Source: Octopus sinensis (taxonomy: Eukaryota). From it: a stretch of 64,000 nt of DNA. Every line of letters begins with the position of its first letter. Position 1 is the stretch's first letter. The stretch covers positions 48,794,001 to 48,858,000 of the forward strand of contig NC_043004.1 in the NCBI RefSeq assembly GCF_006345805.1, written 5' to 3'. Shown here in pieces: positions 11,595 to 23,520 of the stretch. A model generated the notes under the pieces. That model was given only the letters and a program-made list of their open reading frames with translations. It made no database searches and had not been told where the DNA came from. A program made the position numbers and the translations under genes.

Positions 11595-13524
11595 GGGTCT
11601 AAGGATTGCATTCGGCTCCAGTGTCTGCTTTGGTTTCTGTAGCAGGGGTCTAAGGATTGAATTCGGCTCCAGTGTCTGCTTTGGTTTCTGTAGCAGGGGT
11701 CTAAGGATTGCATTCGGCTCCAGTGTCTGCTTTGGTTTCTGTAGCAGGGGTCTAAGGATTGCATTCGGCTCCAGTGTCTGCTTTGGTTTCTGTAGCAGGG
11801 GTCTAAGATTGAATTCGGCTCCAGTGTCTGCTTTGGTTTCTTGTAGCAGGGGTCTAAGGATTGAATTCGGCTCCAGTGTCTGCTTTGGTTTCTGTAGCAG
11901 GGGTCTAAGGATTGCATTCGGCTCCAGTGTCTGCTTTGGTTTCTGTAGCAGGGGTCTAAGGATTGCATTCGGCTCCAGTGTCTGCTTTGGTTTCTGTAGC
12001 AGGGGTCTAAGGATTGAATTCGGCTCCAGTGTCTGCTTTGGTTCTGTAGCAGGGGTCTAAGGATTGCATTCGGCTCCAGTGTCTGCTTTGGTTTCTGTAG
12101 CAGGGGTCTAAGGATTGCATTCGGCTCCAGTGTCTGCTTTGGTTTCTGTAGCAGGGGTCTAAGGATTGCATTCGGCTCCAGTGTCTGCTTTGGTTTCTGT
12201 AGCAGGGGTCTAAGGATTGCATTCGGCTCCAGTGTCTGCTTTGGTTTCTGTAGCAGGGGTCTAAGGATTGAATTCGGCTCCAGTGTCTGCTTTGGTTTCT
12301 GTAGCAGGGGTCTAAGGATTGCATTCGGCTCCAGTGTCTGCTTTGGTTTCTGTAGCAGGGGTCTAAGGATTGCATTCGGCTCCAGTGTCTGCTTTGGTTT
12401 CTGTAGCAGGGGTCTAAGGATTGCATTCGGCTCCAGTGTCTGCTTTGGTTTCTGTAGCAGGGGTCTAAGGATTGCATTCGGCTCAGTGTCTGCTTTGGTT
12501 TCTGTAGCAGGGGTCTAAGGATTGCATTCGGCTCCAGTGTCTGCTTTGGTTTCTGTGCAGGGGTCTAAGGATTGAATTCGGCTCCATGTCTGCTTTGGTT
12601 TCTGTAGCAGGGGTCTAAGGATTGCATTCGGCTCCAGTGTCTGCTTTGGTTTCTGTAGCAGGGGTCTAAGGATTGCATTCGGCTCCAGTGCTGCTTTGGT
12701 TCTGTAGCAGGGGTCTAAGGATTGAATTCGGCTCCAGTGTCTGCTTTGGTTTCTGTAGCAGGGGTCTAAGGATTGCATTCGGCTCCAGTGTCTGCTTTGG
12801 TTTCTGTAGCAGGGGTCTAAGGATTGAATTCGGCTCCAGTGTCTGCTTTGGTTTCTGTAGCAGGGGTCTAAGGATTGCATTCGGCTCCAGTGTCTGCTTT
12901 GTTTCTGTAGCAGGGGTCTAAGGATTGCATTCGGCTCCAGTGTCTGCTTTGGTTTCTGTAGCGGGGTCTAAGGATTGCATTCGGCTCCAGTGTCTGCTTT
13001 GTTTCTGTAGCAGGGGTCTAAGGATTGCATTCGGCTCCAGTGTCTGCTTTGGTTTCTGTAGCAGGGGTCTAAGGATTGCATTCGGCTCCAGTGTCTGCTT
13101 TGGTTTCTGTAGCAGGGGTCTAAGGATTGCATTCGGCTCCAGTGTCTGCTTTGGTTTCTGTAGCAGGGGTCTAAGGATTGCATTCGGCTCCAGTGTCTGC
13201 TTTGGTTTCTGTAGCAGGGGTCTAAGGATTGCATTCGGCTCCAGTGTCTGCTTTGGTTTCTGTAGCAGGGGTCTAAGGATTGCATTCGGCTCCAGTGTCT
13301 GCTTTGGTTTCTGTAGCAGGGGTCTAAGGATTGCATTCGGCTCCAGTGTCTGCTTTGGTTTCTGTAGCAGGGGTCTAAGGATTGAATTCGGCTCCAGTGT
13401 CTGCTTTGGTTTCTGTAGCAGGGGTCTAAGGATTGCATTCGGCTCCAGTGTCTGCTTTGGTTTCTGTAGCAGGGGTCTAAGGATTGCATTCGGCTCCAGT
13501 GTCTGCTTTGGTTTCTGTAGCAGG
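11595..13524. repeat. 51-bp tandem minisatellite, ~38 units
   Basis: Unit GGGGTCTAAGGATTG(C/A)ATTCGGCTCCAGTGTCTGCTTTGGTTTCTGTAGCA, head-to-tail with no spacers. Confidence 0.97.
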
Positions 13525-14154
13525 CTGTTCTTCCTAATGCCAATCGCTTTACATCACGTACTGGGTGCTTTTTCTTTTTTATGCTACCAACACTATTGAG
13601 GTCGCCATGTAGCTTGCAGAATCACAAATTCCAGGGTAGGGGTTGATAGCTTTATGTTAGCTGACAAGGAATTAATAAAGTATGAGAGAAGGAAAAAATT
13701 CTGTCAGCAGTAGTTAGGTGCCCACAGAAGACAAAGACAAAGGAGAAAAGTGGTGAGATCAGATCCCAGAACACACAGCTTCACATAGGTGACAGGGAAA
13801 TATTTGGATGAATGGAGATTTGTTGTACGGCAGGCTTAGATATTTCAGACTTATGTTTCCCATGGTAAGCCAGCATGGAAACAATGGTAACGCCGCTGAC
13901 GATGGTAGTTTATCATGGCTCATTGCATTTATCATATAATTATATAACCATTGAATCTGTATTGATAACCAATCCACTTGGTTGCTGTAACTCATATCCT
14001 TGGACCATCTTCACTTCTGATCTTGGACCATCTTCACTTCTAATATTGTCAACACTGTGTTTTCTGATTTAAAAAAAAAAACAGCACATTTTTTTTTTAT
14101 GTCTGCGGATGCTTACTGCTGTGCTACCACCAGTGGCATCACTAGCTGTCACCA

Positions 14155-14400
14155 TTTACTACTACTACTACTAACCACCACCGCTGCTGCCACTACTACT
14201 ACTACTACTACTACTAACCACAGCTGCCACTACTACTACTACTACTACTACTAACCACCACCGCCACTGCCACTACTACTACTACTAACCACCACCGTCA
14301 CTGCCACTACTACTACTACTAACCACCGCTGCCACTACTACTACTACTACTACTCACCACCACTACTATTACTATAATAATCACTACTGCTATACTATGA
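14155..14400. repeat. (ACT)n/(ACC)n compound trinucleotide repeat
   Basis: Direct reading. Confidence 0.9.
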
Positions 14401-15137
14401 CTTAATCATCGCATCTAGATAAGTTACCGCAGTACTAAATGACCTGAGCGGTACTGCAGTATCACACCCAGACTAGTGATAATTTACTCGTAGTGCTGCA
14501 GTATCTTACCTGCACAGGTGATAACTAATTTATAGTATTGCCGTACCCAAGACATCTTGATTATGATCAACATCCGACCTAGTCTGTTCAACAACCATTT
14601 AGTTAATAATATTGTCTAACTGTTATCAGTCAATAATTTTAATAATTTGGAGAAGCTATGGCTGAGTGGTGAGGCAGTTTGCTTCTGAAGCACCTGTTTT
14701 TGTTCAGTCCCACTATTAGGCACATTAGGCAAGTGTCTTCTAATATAGCCCTTGACTGACCAAAGCCTTGTGAGTGGATTTGGTACATGGAAACTGTAAG
14801 AAGCCTATTGTATACATACATGAATGTGTGTGTGTATGTGTTTGTTTGTTCCCCCTTGTTTTGACATCATGTGATAGTTGCAAGCTAGCATCATGATCAT
14901 GTAAGCAGTGTCGTTTGTTTTCATTCTTCTATGAAAACATGTTTGGCCAAGGTGAGATATTAGCTTACCTGCAAACAGCTAAGCATTGGCAGCAGGGAGA
15001 GCACCTGGGCATGGAAAAATTTGCCACAACAAATTCTGTCTCACTCATGCATGCATGAGAACATAGACATTAAAGTGCTGATGACAGTTAATAATTAAGG
15101 CGAAGTAAATAGTTAAGACTAACGAGTCATTCTAGAT

Positions 15138-15334
15138 CAGTGCTTTTCAAACTTTTTGCTGAAGCGGAACCCAAAGGAAACGTTCCACTGGCTCGAGGAA
15201 CCCCTGTGCAATAATTTGTCTTATGCACACATATCTGCACAGGAGACTTAAAAATTACTGTCGATTTTAGCATTTTTGTAACTTCTTGCGGAACCCCTGG
15301 ACTGTACTGGCGGAACCCTGGTTGAAAACCACTG
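15138..15334. mobile_element. hAT (Charlie-like) MITE
   Basis: TIR CAGTGCTTTTCAA / TTGAAAACCACTG with perfect 8-bp TSD TTCTAGAT. Confidence 0.9.
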
Positions 15335-15550
15335 TTCTAGATAGTTTATGATGTCTAGTTTGTTGCTTCACAATTGAACTACCACACAGCTTGAATTGTT
15401 ATTTTCATTCCTTCACTGCAAATAAAATAGATACAAAGGTTGTTGATTAAGGTATTGATTATAAAACCACCTCTAACACAAAGAGAAGTAAACTTATTTT
15501 AATGAATCTCATTGACTTACTCAGTCAATGAGATTCATTAAAATGCTACT

Positions 15551-15953
15551 CTTTTACTTGTTTCAGTCATGTGACTGTGGCCATGCTGGAGCATCGCCTT
15601 TAGTCGAGCAAATCGACCCCAGGACTTATTCTTTGTAAGCCTAGTACTTATTCTATCAGTCTCTTTTGCCGAACCGCTAAGTGACGGGGACGTAAACACA
15701 CCAGCATCGGTTGTCAAATGGTGTTGGAGGGACAAACACAGACACACAAACATATACACATACATACATATTTATATATATACATATATACAACGGGCTT
15801 CTTTCAGTTTCTGTCTACCAAATCCACTCACAAGGCTTTGGTCGTCCTGAGGCTATAGTAGAAGACACCTGCCCAAGGTGCCACTCAGTGGGACTGAACC
15901 CGGAACCATGTGGTTCGTAAGCAAGCTACCTACCACACAGCCACTCCTATGCC
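15551..15953 (-). mobile_element. SINE family A, full length
   Basis: Complete head-to-tail copy, TSD TGCTACT. Confidence 0.9.
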
Positions 15954-16169
15954 TGCTACTAAACATTTTGCTAACACTTCTGCCAGTTCTCTATCTTAAA
16001 AAAACTTAGAACTAGCAAATCAGTGGCATTCCAACCATGATCATCCTGCCTGCCAATTTTGGTTACAAATCTCTTATTTCAGTATTACTTCTTTGATTAC
16101 GATGCTTTTGTGGATTCCCATGACTCTCTGTCACCATTCAGTTCCATTATTATGAATTTGAATTGGAAG

Positions 16170-16443
16170 CTTGAGTCATAGTGAATCTCTCATTAGCTAA
16201 TTACACAACCATGAATGCCACTCCTATGGATGCATTGCAGTTATTCTCTTGACAGAGATTGGTGATCCTGACTGTTGGTCTTTTAGGATTCCTCCACTCA
16301 GTATCAATCTAAGAAGCACTGTTGGTTCAGTTGAGCTCTTCCACTGCCGCTTTACAATCCACCATGCTTGCAATCCCATGACTTTGCTGTATCCTTGGTA
16401 GAGGGGCTGAACAGGTGCCATATCTTGCCAAAGGGCAACCTGT
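16170..16443. repeat. Dispersed repeat, inverted homologue of 39376-39650
   Basis: TTGAGTCATAGTGAATCTCTCATTAGCTAATTACACAACCATG is the exact reverse complement of sequence at ~39606-39648; similarity runs for ~270 bp. Confidence 0.8.
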
Positions 16444-17687
16444 AATTATGTAAGACATGGTCATCACTCCATGAGACATTTTCAAAATATCCAAATACTC
16501 AGAGAAGGCATTACTTGTGAGTTATAAGTTGACGGTCTTTCATCAGAGAAAACTTAAAAGTAGTAGTTTTTAACATAGGTACAAGGCTTGAGCATTTTGG
16601 AGGGAAGGATTAGTTGAATAAATTGACCTTTATACTTGACTGACCTTTATTTTATTAACAATTGAGGGATCAAAGGTAAAGTTAAATTTATCAGGATTTG
16701 AACCAAGAACTTAAACAGCCAGAAGAATTACTGCAAGGTGTTTTATTCAATGCTCTAAAAATTTTGTCAGTCCACGGCCCTAAAAGACTTAGAAATCATT
16801 TTTTCTAATTTTGGACATGTCCAGTGACTTTAAGGGGAGAGGTTAAGTCAATTATAACAACTTGAGTGGTGCTTATTTTATCAATCCCAAAAGGATAAAA
16901 GGTAAAGTTGACATTGGTGTAATTTGAACTCAGACCATAAAGTCAAAAGAAATGCTGCTAAGAATTTTGTCTGATGAGTTAACACTTCTGCCAGCTCACC
17001 ACCTTTTAAAAACTTATAATTAACAAATCAGGGGCATTCCAACCATGACCATCCTTCCTTCTAATCAGATACAGTGTGTTTAAGATTTCAATACTGAATG
17101 TCTTTTTTTTTCATGTAAGACAGTAAGATCTGATTTGAGTGTGACTTGGTTGATATTTCTTGCAAGTCAAGCAACCAGATAGTCTCCTTTGTTGGTAAAG
17201 TAGTGAGAAATCTGGTTGAATGACCAGTAATAAAATCTTGAAATTAATTATGTATTTCATTATATAACATATGGTACAATCTGTTATATATATCTACATA
17301 TATATATTTATTGTTTCAACATTTCAAGAAAGACTGTTTTAAGTTAAAACCTAAGTTGAGCTTTTTTTTTTGTACTTTATTTCTGTTGAGAGACATTTCT
17401 TTTGTTTCAATAAATTTTGAAAATAATCAAGAATTTTGTAGACTATCCTTGTCATTATCAAGCTGGTGTTCGGAGCATAAAATTTGGATGGAAATTTTTA
17501 ATTTAGACCATTCTAAGACTATGGTTTATATCATAGAACCAAAAGTGATCTCTGGAAGGTTGGTACCAAAAAGCCATGTGATCAGAAATTGTGATTTTCA
17601 AGTCTTTAAACTTTCTTTGAATCTCATCTAGCTTTCACATACTCCCTGTTATAGGTGTGAATCTTGGAAATATCCTGTTCTTTACAG

Positions 17688-17952
17688 CAGCTATCCCCAA
17701 CCACCAGGCCATGGACCAGTACTGAGCCACACAAAAAGAATAACTTTTGAAATTCTATTTCTATTTTATTGACTATCACAGTCTTCAGGGTTTTTTTGCA
17801 TTATATATGTATTATATATGTAATATATATTGGTTATGTTGATTATATATTATGCACTTCATTGTGTTTTGTTATGCGCATGATGACTTGGTTTCTGGAA
17901 AAATTGTCTAGCGTGGAATTGTCCATGGTATCGAAAAGGCTGGGGACTTCTG
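17688..17952. mobile_element. Degenerate hAT-type MITE
   Basis: CAGCTATCCCCAACC / GGCTGGGGACTTCTG termini; imperfect 8-bp flanks ending TACAG. Confidence 0.55.
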
Positions 17953-17993
17953 TCATACAGTTTTACAATGAGGTTCTAACATCCATCACACAT

Positions 17994-18302
17994 GATTGTT
18001 GTTTGTTCCTTCTCGAGCCATGCCTGGCTCATAAGGGCCGGTTTCCCGGTTTCTTGGTGTATAGGTTTCCCACCTGGACGGGACGCTGGTCCATCGCAGG
18101 TGAGCTGCAAGATGCAGGAGGAAAGAGTGAGAGAAAGTTGTGGCAAAAGAATGAGCAGAAGTTTCGCCATTACCTTCTGCCGGAGCTGCGTGGAGCTTAG
18201 TTGTTTTGCTCATAAACACATACATCGTCTGGTCTGAGATTCGAACCCGCGATCTTTTGACCGTGAGTCCGCTGCTCTAACCACTAGGCCATGTGCCTCC
18301 AC
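17994..18302 (-). mobile_element. SINE family D, tail type 1
   Basis: Head GGAGGCACATGGCCTAGTGGTTAGAGC...GGGTTCGAATC; 15-bp TSD ACATCCATCACACAT. A near-identical copy lies at ~32092-32395. Confidence 0.9.
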
Positions 18303-18719
18303 ACATCCATCACACATCATGATAGTTGAGTTCCTGATTATATGTTCTCCTCAACAATCTTCAGGGAATGATTAAATAAGTTTAGTAGTTCTTCCTTGGC
18401 AGACCAGTTTTATCCATCTAGAAAGACAACAGTTGTTAAATTCACTGTTCATTTATTTATTGAAGATTCAAAATTGCAATTTGTTGCCTGGTCACTGATA
18501 GTTTTACAACAGTGGAAGTGTCAGTATTCAGGTCACAGTTGCATGACAAAAATTTTCGGCAGCCTCGAGAAATAAGATGGAATGTGACTTTAAGAGGTTT
18601 TGAACTTTTAAATAGCTAAAATGGCTCTTTCATCCACAATGCAATCGTGTCATTTTCAACACATGGTCTCAGATCAAGTCACTCAGATGACAAGTACAGC
18701 TCTGAAATAAGTATTCGTT

Positions 18720-19085
18720 ATTCTTTTACTTGTTTTAGTCTTTTGACTGTGGCCATGCTGGAACAAAACCTTAAAGGGTTTTTAATGCATATTCTATCAG
18801 TCTCTTTTGCCAAACTGCTAAGTTACAGGGACTTAAACACACCAACACCGGTTGTTAAGCGATGGTGTTAGAGCAAACGCAGACACACATATAAATACGC
18901 TCACACACACACATATGTATGATGGGCTTCTTTTAGTTTCTGTCTACCAAATACTCTCACACGGCTTTGATTGGCCCGAGGATATAGTAGAAAACGTTTG
19001 CCCATGGTGCCACACAGTGGGACTGAACCTGGAACCATGTGGTTCAGAAGCAAACTTCTTACCACACAGCCACACCTGTGCCTAT
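18720..19085 (-). mobile_element. SINE family A (older copy)
   Basis: Homologous to 15551-15953. Confidence 0.85.
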
Positions 19086-19126
19086 AGTATGTTTACACAT
19101 ATTTATAGAAAATAAATCACACTTAT

Positions 19127-19529
19127 AGGCGCAGGAGTGGCTGTGTGGTAAGTAGCTTGTTTACCAACCATATGGTTCCGGGTTCAGTCCCACTGCGTGG
19201 CACCTTGGGCAAGTCTCTTCTACTATAGCCTCGGGCCGACCAAAGCCTTGTGAGTGGATTTGGTAGATGGAAACTGAAAGAAGCCCGTCATATATATGTA
19301 TATATATATATATGCGCGTGTGTGTTTGTGTGTCTGTGTTTGTCCCCCTAGCATTGCTTGACAACCGATGCTGGTGTGTTTATGTCACCGTTACCTAGCG
19401 GTTTGGCAAAAGAGACCGATAGAATAAGTACTGGGCTTACAAAAGAATAAGTCCCGGGGTCGAGTTGCTCGATTAAAGGCGGTGCTCCAGCATGGTCGCA
19501 GTCAAATGACTGAAACAAATAAAAGAGTA
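19127..19529 (+). mobile_element. SINE family A, full length
   Basis: GGCGCAGGAGTGGCTGTGTGG head through to the AAAAGAGT tail. Confidence 0.92.
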
Positions 19530-20502
19530 TAGGTGCAGTGCATGATGTACTTCTAGAATAGCAAACAATATGAGCAGTCTTATTTATTCACATTGTTTTG
19601 AATTAACCATACATTATCTTGCAACTGCAAGATTTTGATGAAGGCATTGTATATTTTTAGAATAACATTGTAGGGTATGTGTGAGAGGTTGAGTCTGGTC
19701 AGTTTTAGCATAAAATGGGTGGAATATTTGGGTAGAATATGACCAGTATAAAATGCTTAAGGGTTAGTAGAGATTTTCAAAATGAATTAAACAAACCTGG
19801 AAGCTCATTGATTACAACGAGGTTACATATGGGAGGAATTTATAGAATGGCTATTGCTGTTTTTCTCTTTCGATTACAAAGAGCAGGTATGCAAGGAAGC
19901 AGATTACTTTGTTATAGCTTTGTTAGAAGAGGAAAGGCTGTGCCAATGGACCATTTTCAGGGCTTCCATGAGTGTTGTGAGGAAAGGAAAAACATGGAGA
20001 CTTGGCATGAATGGTTACAATAAAGTGGGTCCTCTTTCGCCCCAACTTTCTCTCACTCTTTCTTCCTGTTTCTTGAATAATGCTGCGATGGACTGGCGTC
20101 CCATCCAGCTGGGGAGAACACATACGCCACAGAAACTGGGCCCATGAGCCTGGCTAGGCTTGAAAAGGGCGCATAAATAAATGAAAATAATACCTATCTA
20201 TTCACATCATTCTGAATTAATCATGAATTATTTCTTTAGCTTCAAAATTTTGACAATGTGATTGTTTATTTTTACAATGACATTGCATAGTTGGTGTGAG
20301 AAGCCATATTTGGCTGGTTTGGACATAAAACAACTCTTAGACAATGTTGTCAGACACAGTAAATATACAGTTTCAATAGACAGTTTCGTAGCGATTGAGA
20401 AAATCACTGTTGTGATTGTTGACAGATACTATATAGATTAAAGACAGATGCTGTAGACAGACAACATAGTCACTGCAGAGATTGGAGACTGACGTTGTAG
20501 AC

Positions 20503-20765
20503 CAGGGGTTCTCAGTCCATATAAAATTTTGCTATTAAAGTTTATGTACAATAAATTGGTTATATTTCTACAATACACAAAATATATTACTCTTTTACTT
20601 GTTTCAGTCATTTGACTGCGGCCATGCTGGAGCACCGCCTTTAGTCGAGCAAATCAACCCCCAGGACATCTCTTTTGCTGAACCGCTTAGTTATGGGGAC
20701 GTAAACATGCCAGCATCGGTTGCAAGCGATGTTGGGGGGACAGACACAGACACACAAACACACAT

Positions 20766-20800
<35 letters not shown>

Positions 20801-21210
20801 CATATATATGACGGGCTTCTTTCAGTTTCCGTCTACTAAATCCACTCACAAGGCTTTGGTCGGCCTGAGGCTATAGTAGAAGACACTTGCCCAAGGTGCC
20901 ATGCAGTGGGACTGAACTCGAAGCCAAGTGGCTGGTAAGCAACCTCTTACCACACAGCCTTTCCTGTGCCTATATTAAGAATTTTTTTAATACAATTCCT
21001 AATTATTATTCTGTTGTGTCTGGGGAGAGTGATTTTCTTTTTGTGCCTTATAATATAACACACTCACTGGTAAAATTTCCACTTTTTTTCTTATTTTTAT
21101 TTTCCTAAAATTTTCGTTGCATTTTGCAACCTTTTAGGATTTTTTAAACATCAAATGGTTATGAGAGCCCTCAAGGGGGTCCATAGGAAAAAATGGTTGA
21201 GAACCATACT
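20503..21210. mobile_element. hAT-type MITE interrupted by SINE A (20588-20970, minus) and an AT-rich repeat
   Basis: CAGGGGTTCTCA / TGAGAACCA termini with TAGAC in both flanks. Confidence 0.55.
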
Positions 21211-21575
21211 TAGACAAACACTGAAGTGATTATAGAATGATAGTGTAGTCAAGACAGAATAGTTAGTGATTGGAAACAGTTACTTTTGATAGATAGTGTA
21301 GACAAACACTTGAGATTGGAGACAGACTGTGTTGTCTGTAGGAAGACTCTACAGACAAAAGATGCAATGTTGTGAATGCTAATGTGCTGAGAAAATAATT
21401 TGGTATAAGAGGTCAATAACAGATTGTCGCGTAAAATGTATGATGCAGGCAGAAAGAAAACATTTCTTTCAGATTGTTTTGGAAGACACTTCTGATTCTA
21501 GTACACCAAAGAAGGCCTGAAAAGAATTAGATGAGATAGATCTAAGAACAATAGGCTTCACAGAGGAAATGATAA

Positions 21576-21804
21576 TTAACCCTTTAGCATTTAGACCGGC
21601 CATATCCGGCCAAAAGTATTCTGCCTGTTTTATGTTCAAACTGGACAGATCTGGTCTCTCACACCAACCCTACAATATCATTTTAAAAATTAACAGCTAC
21701 CTCATCAAAATCTCATAGTTAGAAGATAATGCATGATTAGTTAAAAACAATGTGGATGAAAAAGGATTAATTTTAGCAGAATAATGCGAACACTAAAGGG
21801 TTAA
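21576..21804. mobile_element. piggyBac-type MITE family 2
   Basis: TTAA-CCCTTTAG...CTAAAGGG-TTAA. Partial copies at ~19580-19765, 20200-20330, 41138-41240 and 44225-45185. Confidence 0.88.
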
Positions 21805-22901
21805 ATTGAAGCACAGGGAGATGTGTTTGCATTATAGATCCATTTAACCCATAGCACCACTAAAAAAAACAAATCCCCAAAACATTCAAACCAGGCATGG
21901 GCAACCTTTTGTTTTTTTAGAAGTGCACCAAATGAAACATGCCACATTGTCTGGTGGACTGAACTACTAAAAAGCTTCAAAGTAATTTTTTGTTTAGTTT
22001 GCAATTCAGAAAGTACTGTCCATGACTGGTTTAAACAACAATGGGAAATGATGATGATAGTGATGATGGTGGTGGTGGTTGTTGTTGTTGTCTTTATCAA
22101 CTACTGTTATACTTTTTTTTTTCTTTTTAGGGCCATGAAAATCTCAGTTATCTTCAGAGAAAGTTTTGTCAGCAACTCAAAACCCAGAAGAAAGAAGAAA
22201 ACAGAAGTGTGTCTTGGGAATGCAAAGAAATGGTATAGTTCATTTGGCATTTGTTCTTAGTTGCAATAATATTTGCAGAGAAGCAACAGATGATGAATAT
22301 CTCTCAAGTTATTAATATCATTCTATTATAAACTGCTTTTAATCCTGTATACACATTTTCCTGTGACAGAAGACATGCTCCTAGAAACTTTCATCTTGAC
22401 ATTTCATACATCAAACTCATATCTCAGAGCCAGTGATGTCTTAAATAGCCATCGCTTCTAGCTAGCTGCTTCTCTGCTATTCTTTATATCCTCAATTATA
22501 ATTACATATAACATGTGTTCTAGGTGTGGCTGTGTGGTAAGAAGCTTGCTTCCCAACCACATGGTTCTGGGTTCAGCCCCACTGAAACATTAAAAGAAAA
22601 GAATATATATATATATATATATATTATTATAAAAGGGTAAAATCAATAATAATTTTGCCAGGCAGTCAGTGTGAAAAAAAAAAACTCATAGGTAAATTTT
22701 ACAAAATATTTTATAATTATATACATAATTATAATAATTATAACAAGGGATCGGTTTTACGCCTCACCACGCACTGCAAGAAATAGATGCTAAAGCCCCT
22801 ATTACCACCTTTTGTTTTCAGTGAATTTGAACTATATATATATATTAGCCACTACACACATTTTTTCTCTCCTTGTTTCTCTCCTTGTTTTTTCTGTGTC
22901 C

Positions 22902-22937
22902 CTTTCTGTAGAAGAGCGTAGGCTCGAAACGTAAAAG
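22902..22937 (+). ncRNA. Hammerhead-like motif with variant core, inside a TA-flanked repeat (22845-23030)
   Basis: CUUU-CUGUAGA-A-GAGC(GUAG)GCUC-GAAA-CG-UA-AAAG: stems I and II pair perfectly; core position A6 is U. Confidence 0.5.
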
Positions 22938-23050
22938 ACTTTTTCTTTTCTTGAGCGTTATACTAATACATCTGTTTGTTTTGTACACCACCTGTCTTCG
23001 TCTTTTGTTTTTTTTCGTTAACTTTCCCGATATATATATATATATATATA

Positions 23051-23348
23051 ACCCACCTTTTATCAATTCAACTGTGAAAAAATTTAATTATACCATATAG
23101 AAAAAAATTACATGCTAAAGAAAAAAATTAAATATATGATAAAATCATATACCAATGATTACGTTTTACCAAATTTATACCAAATATATACGTATTTACC
23201 ATATATATACATTTTATTTATTATTTTGTACTTTACTTAATCATTGGTATATGTTTTTATCATATATTTAATTTTTTCTTTAGGATGTAATTTTTTTCTG
23301 TATGGTATAATTAAATTTTTTCATTGTTGAATTGATAAAAGGTGGTTT
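23051..23348. repeat. ~110-bp inverted repeat (foldback) between TA tracts
   Basis: 23051-23161 is the near reverse complement of 23238-23348. Confidence 0.85.
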
Positions 23349-23448
23349 ATTTCTAATTTATATATATTATATTTTGTGAAATTTGATTTAGTATTTCTAA
23401 ATTGAATTTTTCCCTCTAAGTTTGGAATTATATTCCTTAATATTATAT

Positions 23449-23518
<70 letters not shown>

Positions 23519-23520
23519 TA

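Noticed and set aside
11595-13524. CRISPR array or repetitive protein gene (ORFs up to 224 aa)
   Set aside because: The units are contiguous with no unique spacers, there are no cas genes, and the context is eukaryotic. The ORFs arise because a 51-bp unit lacks stops in some frames.
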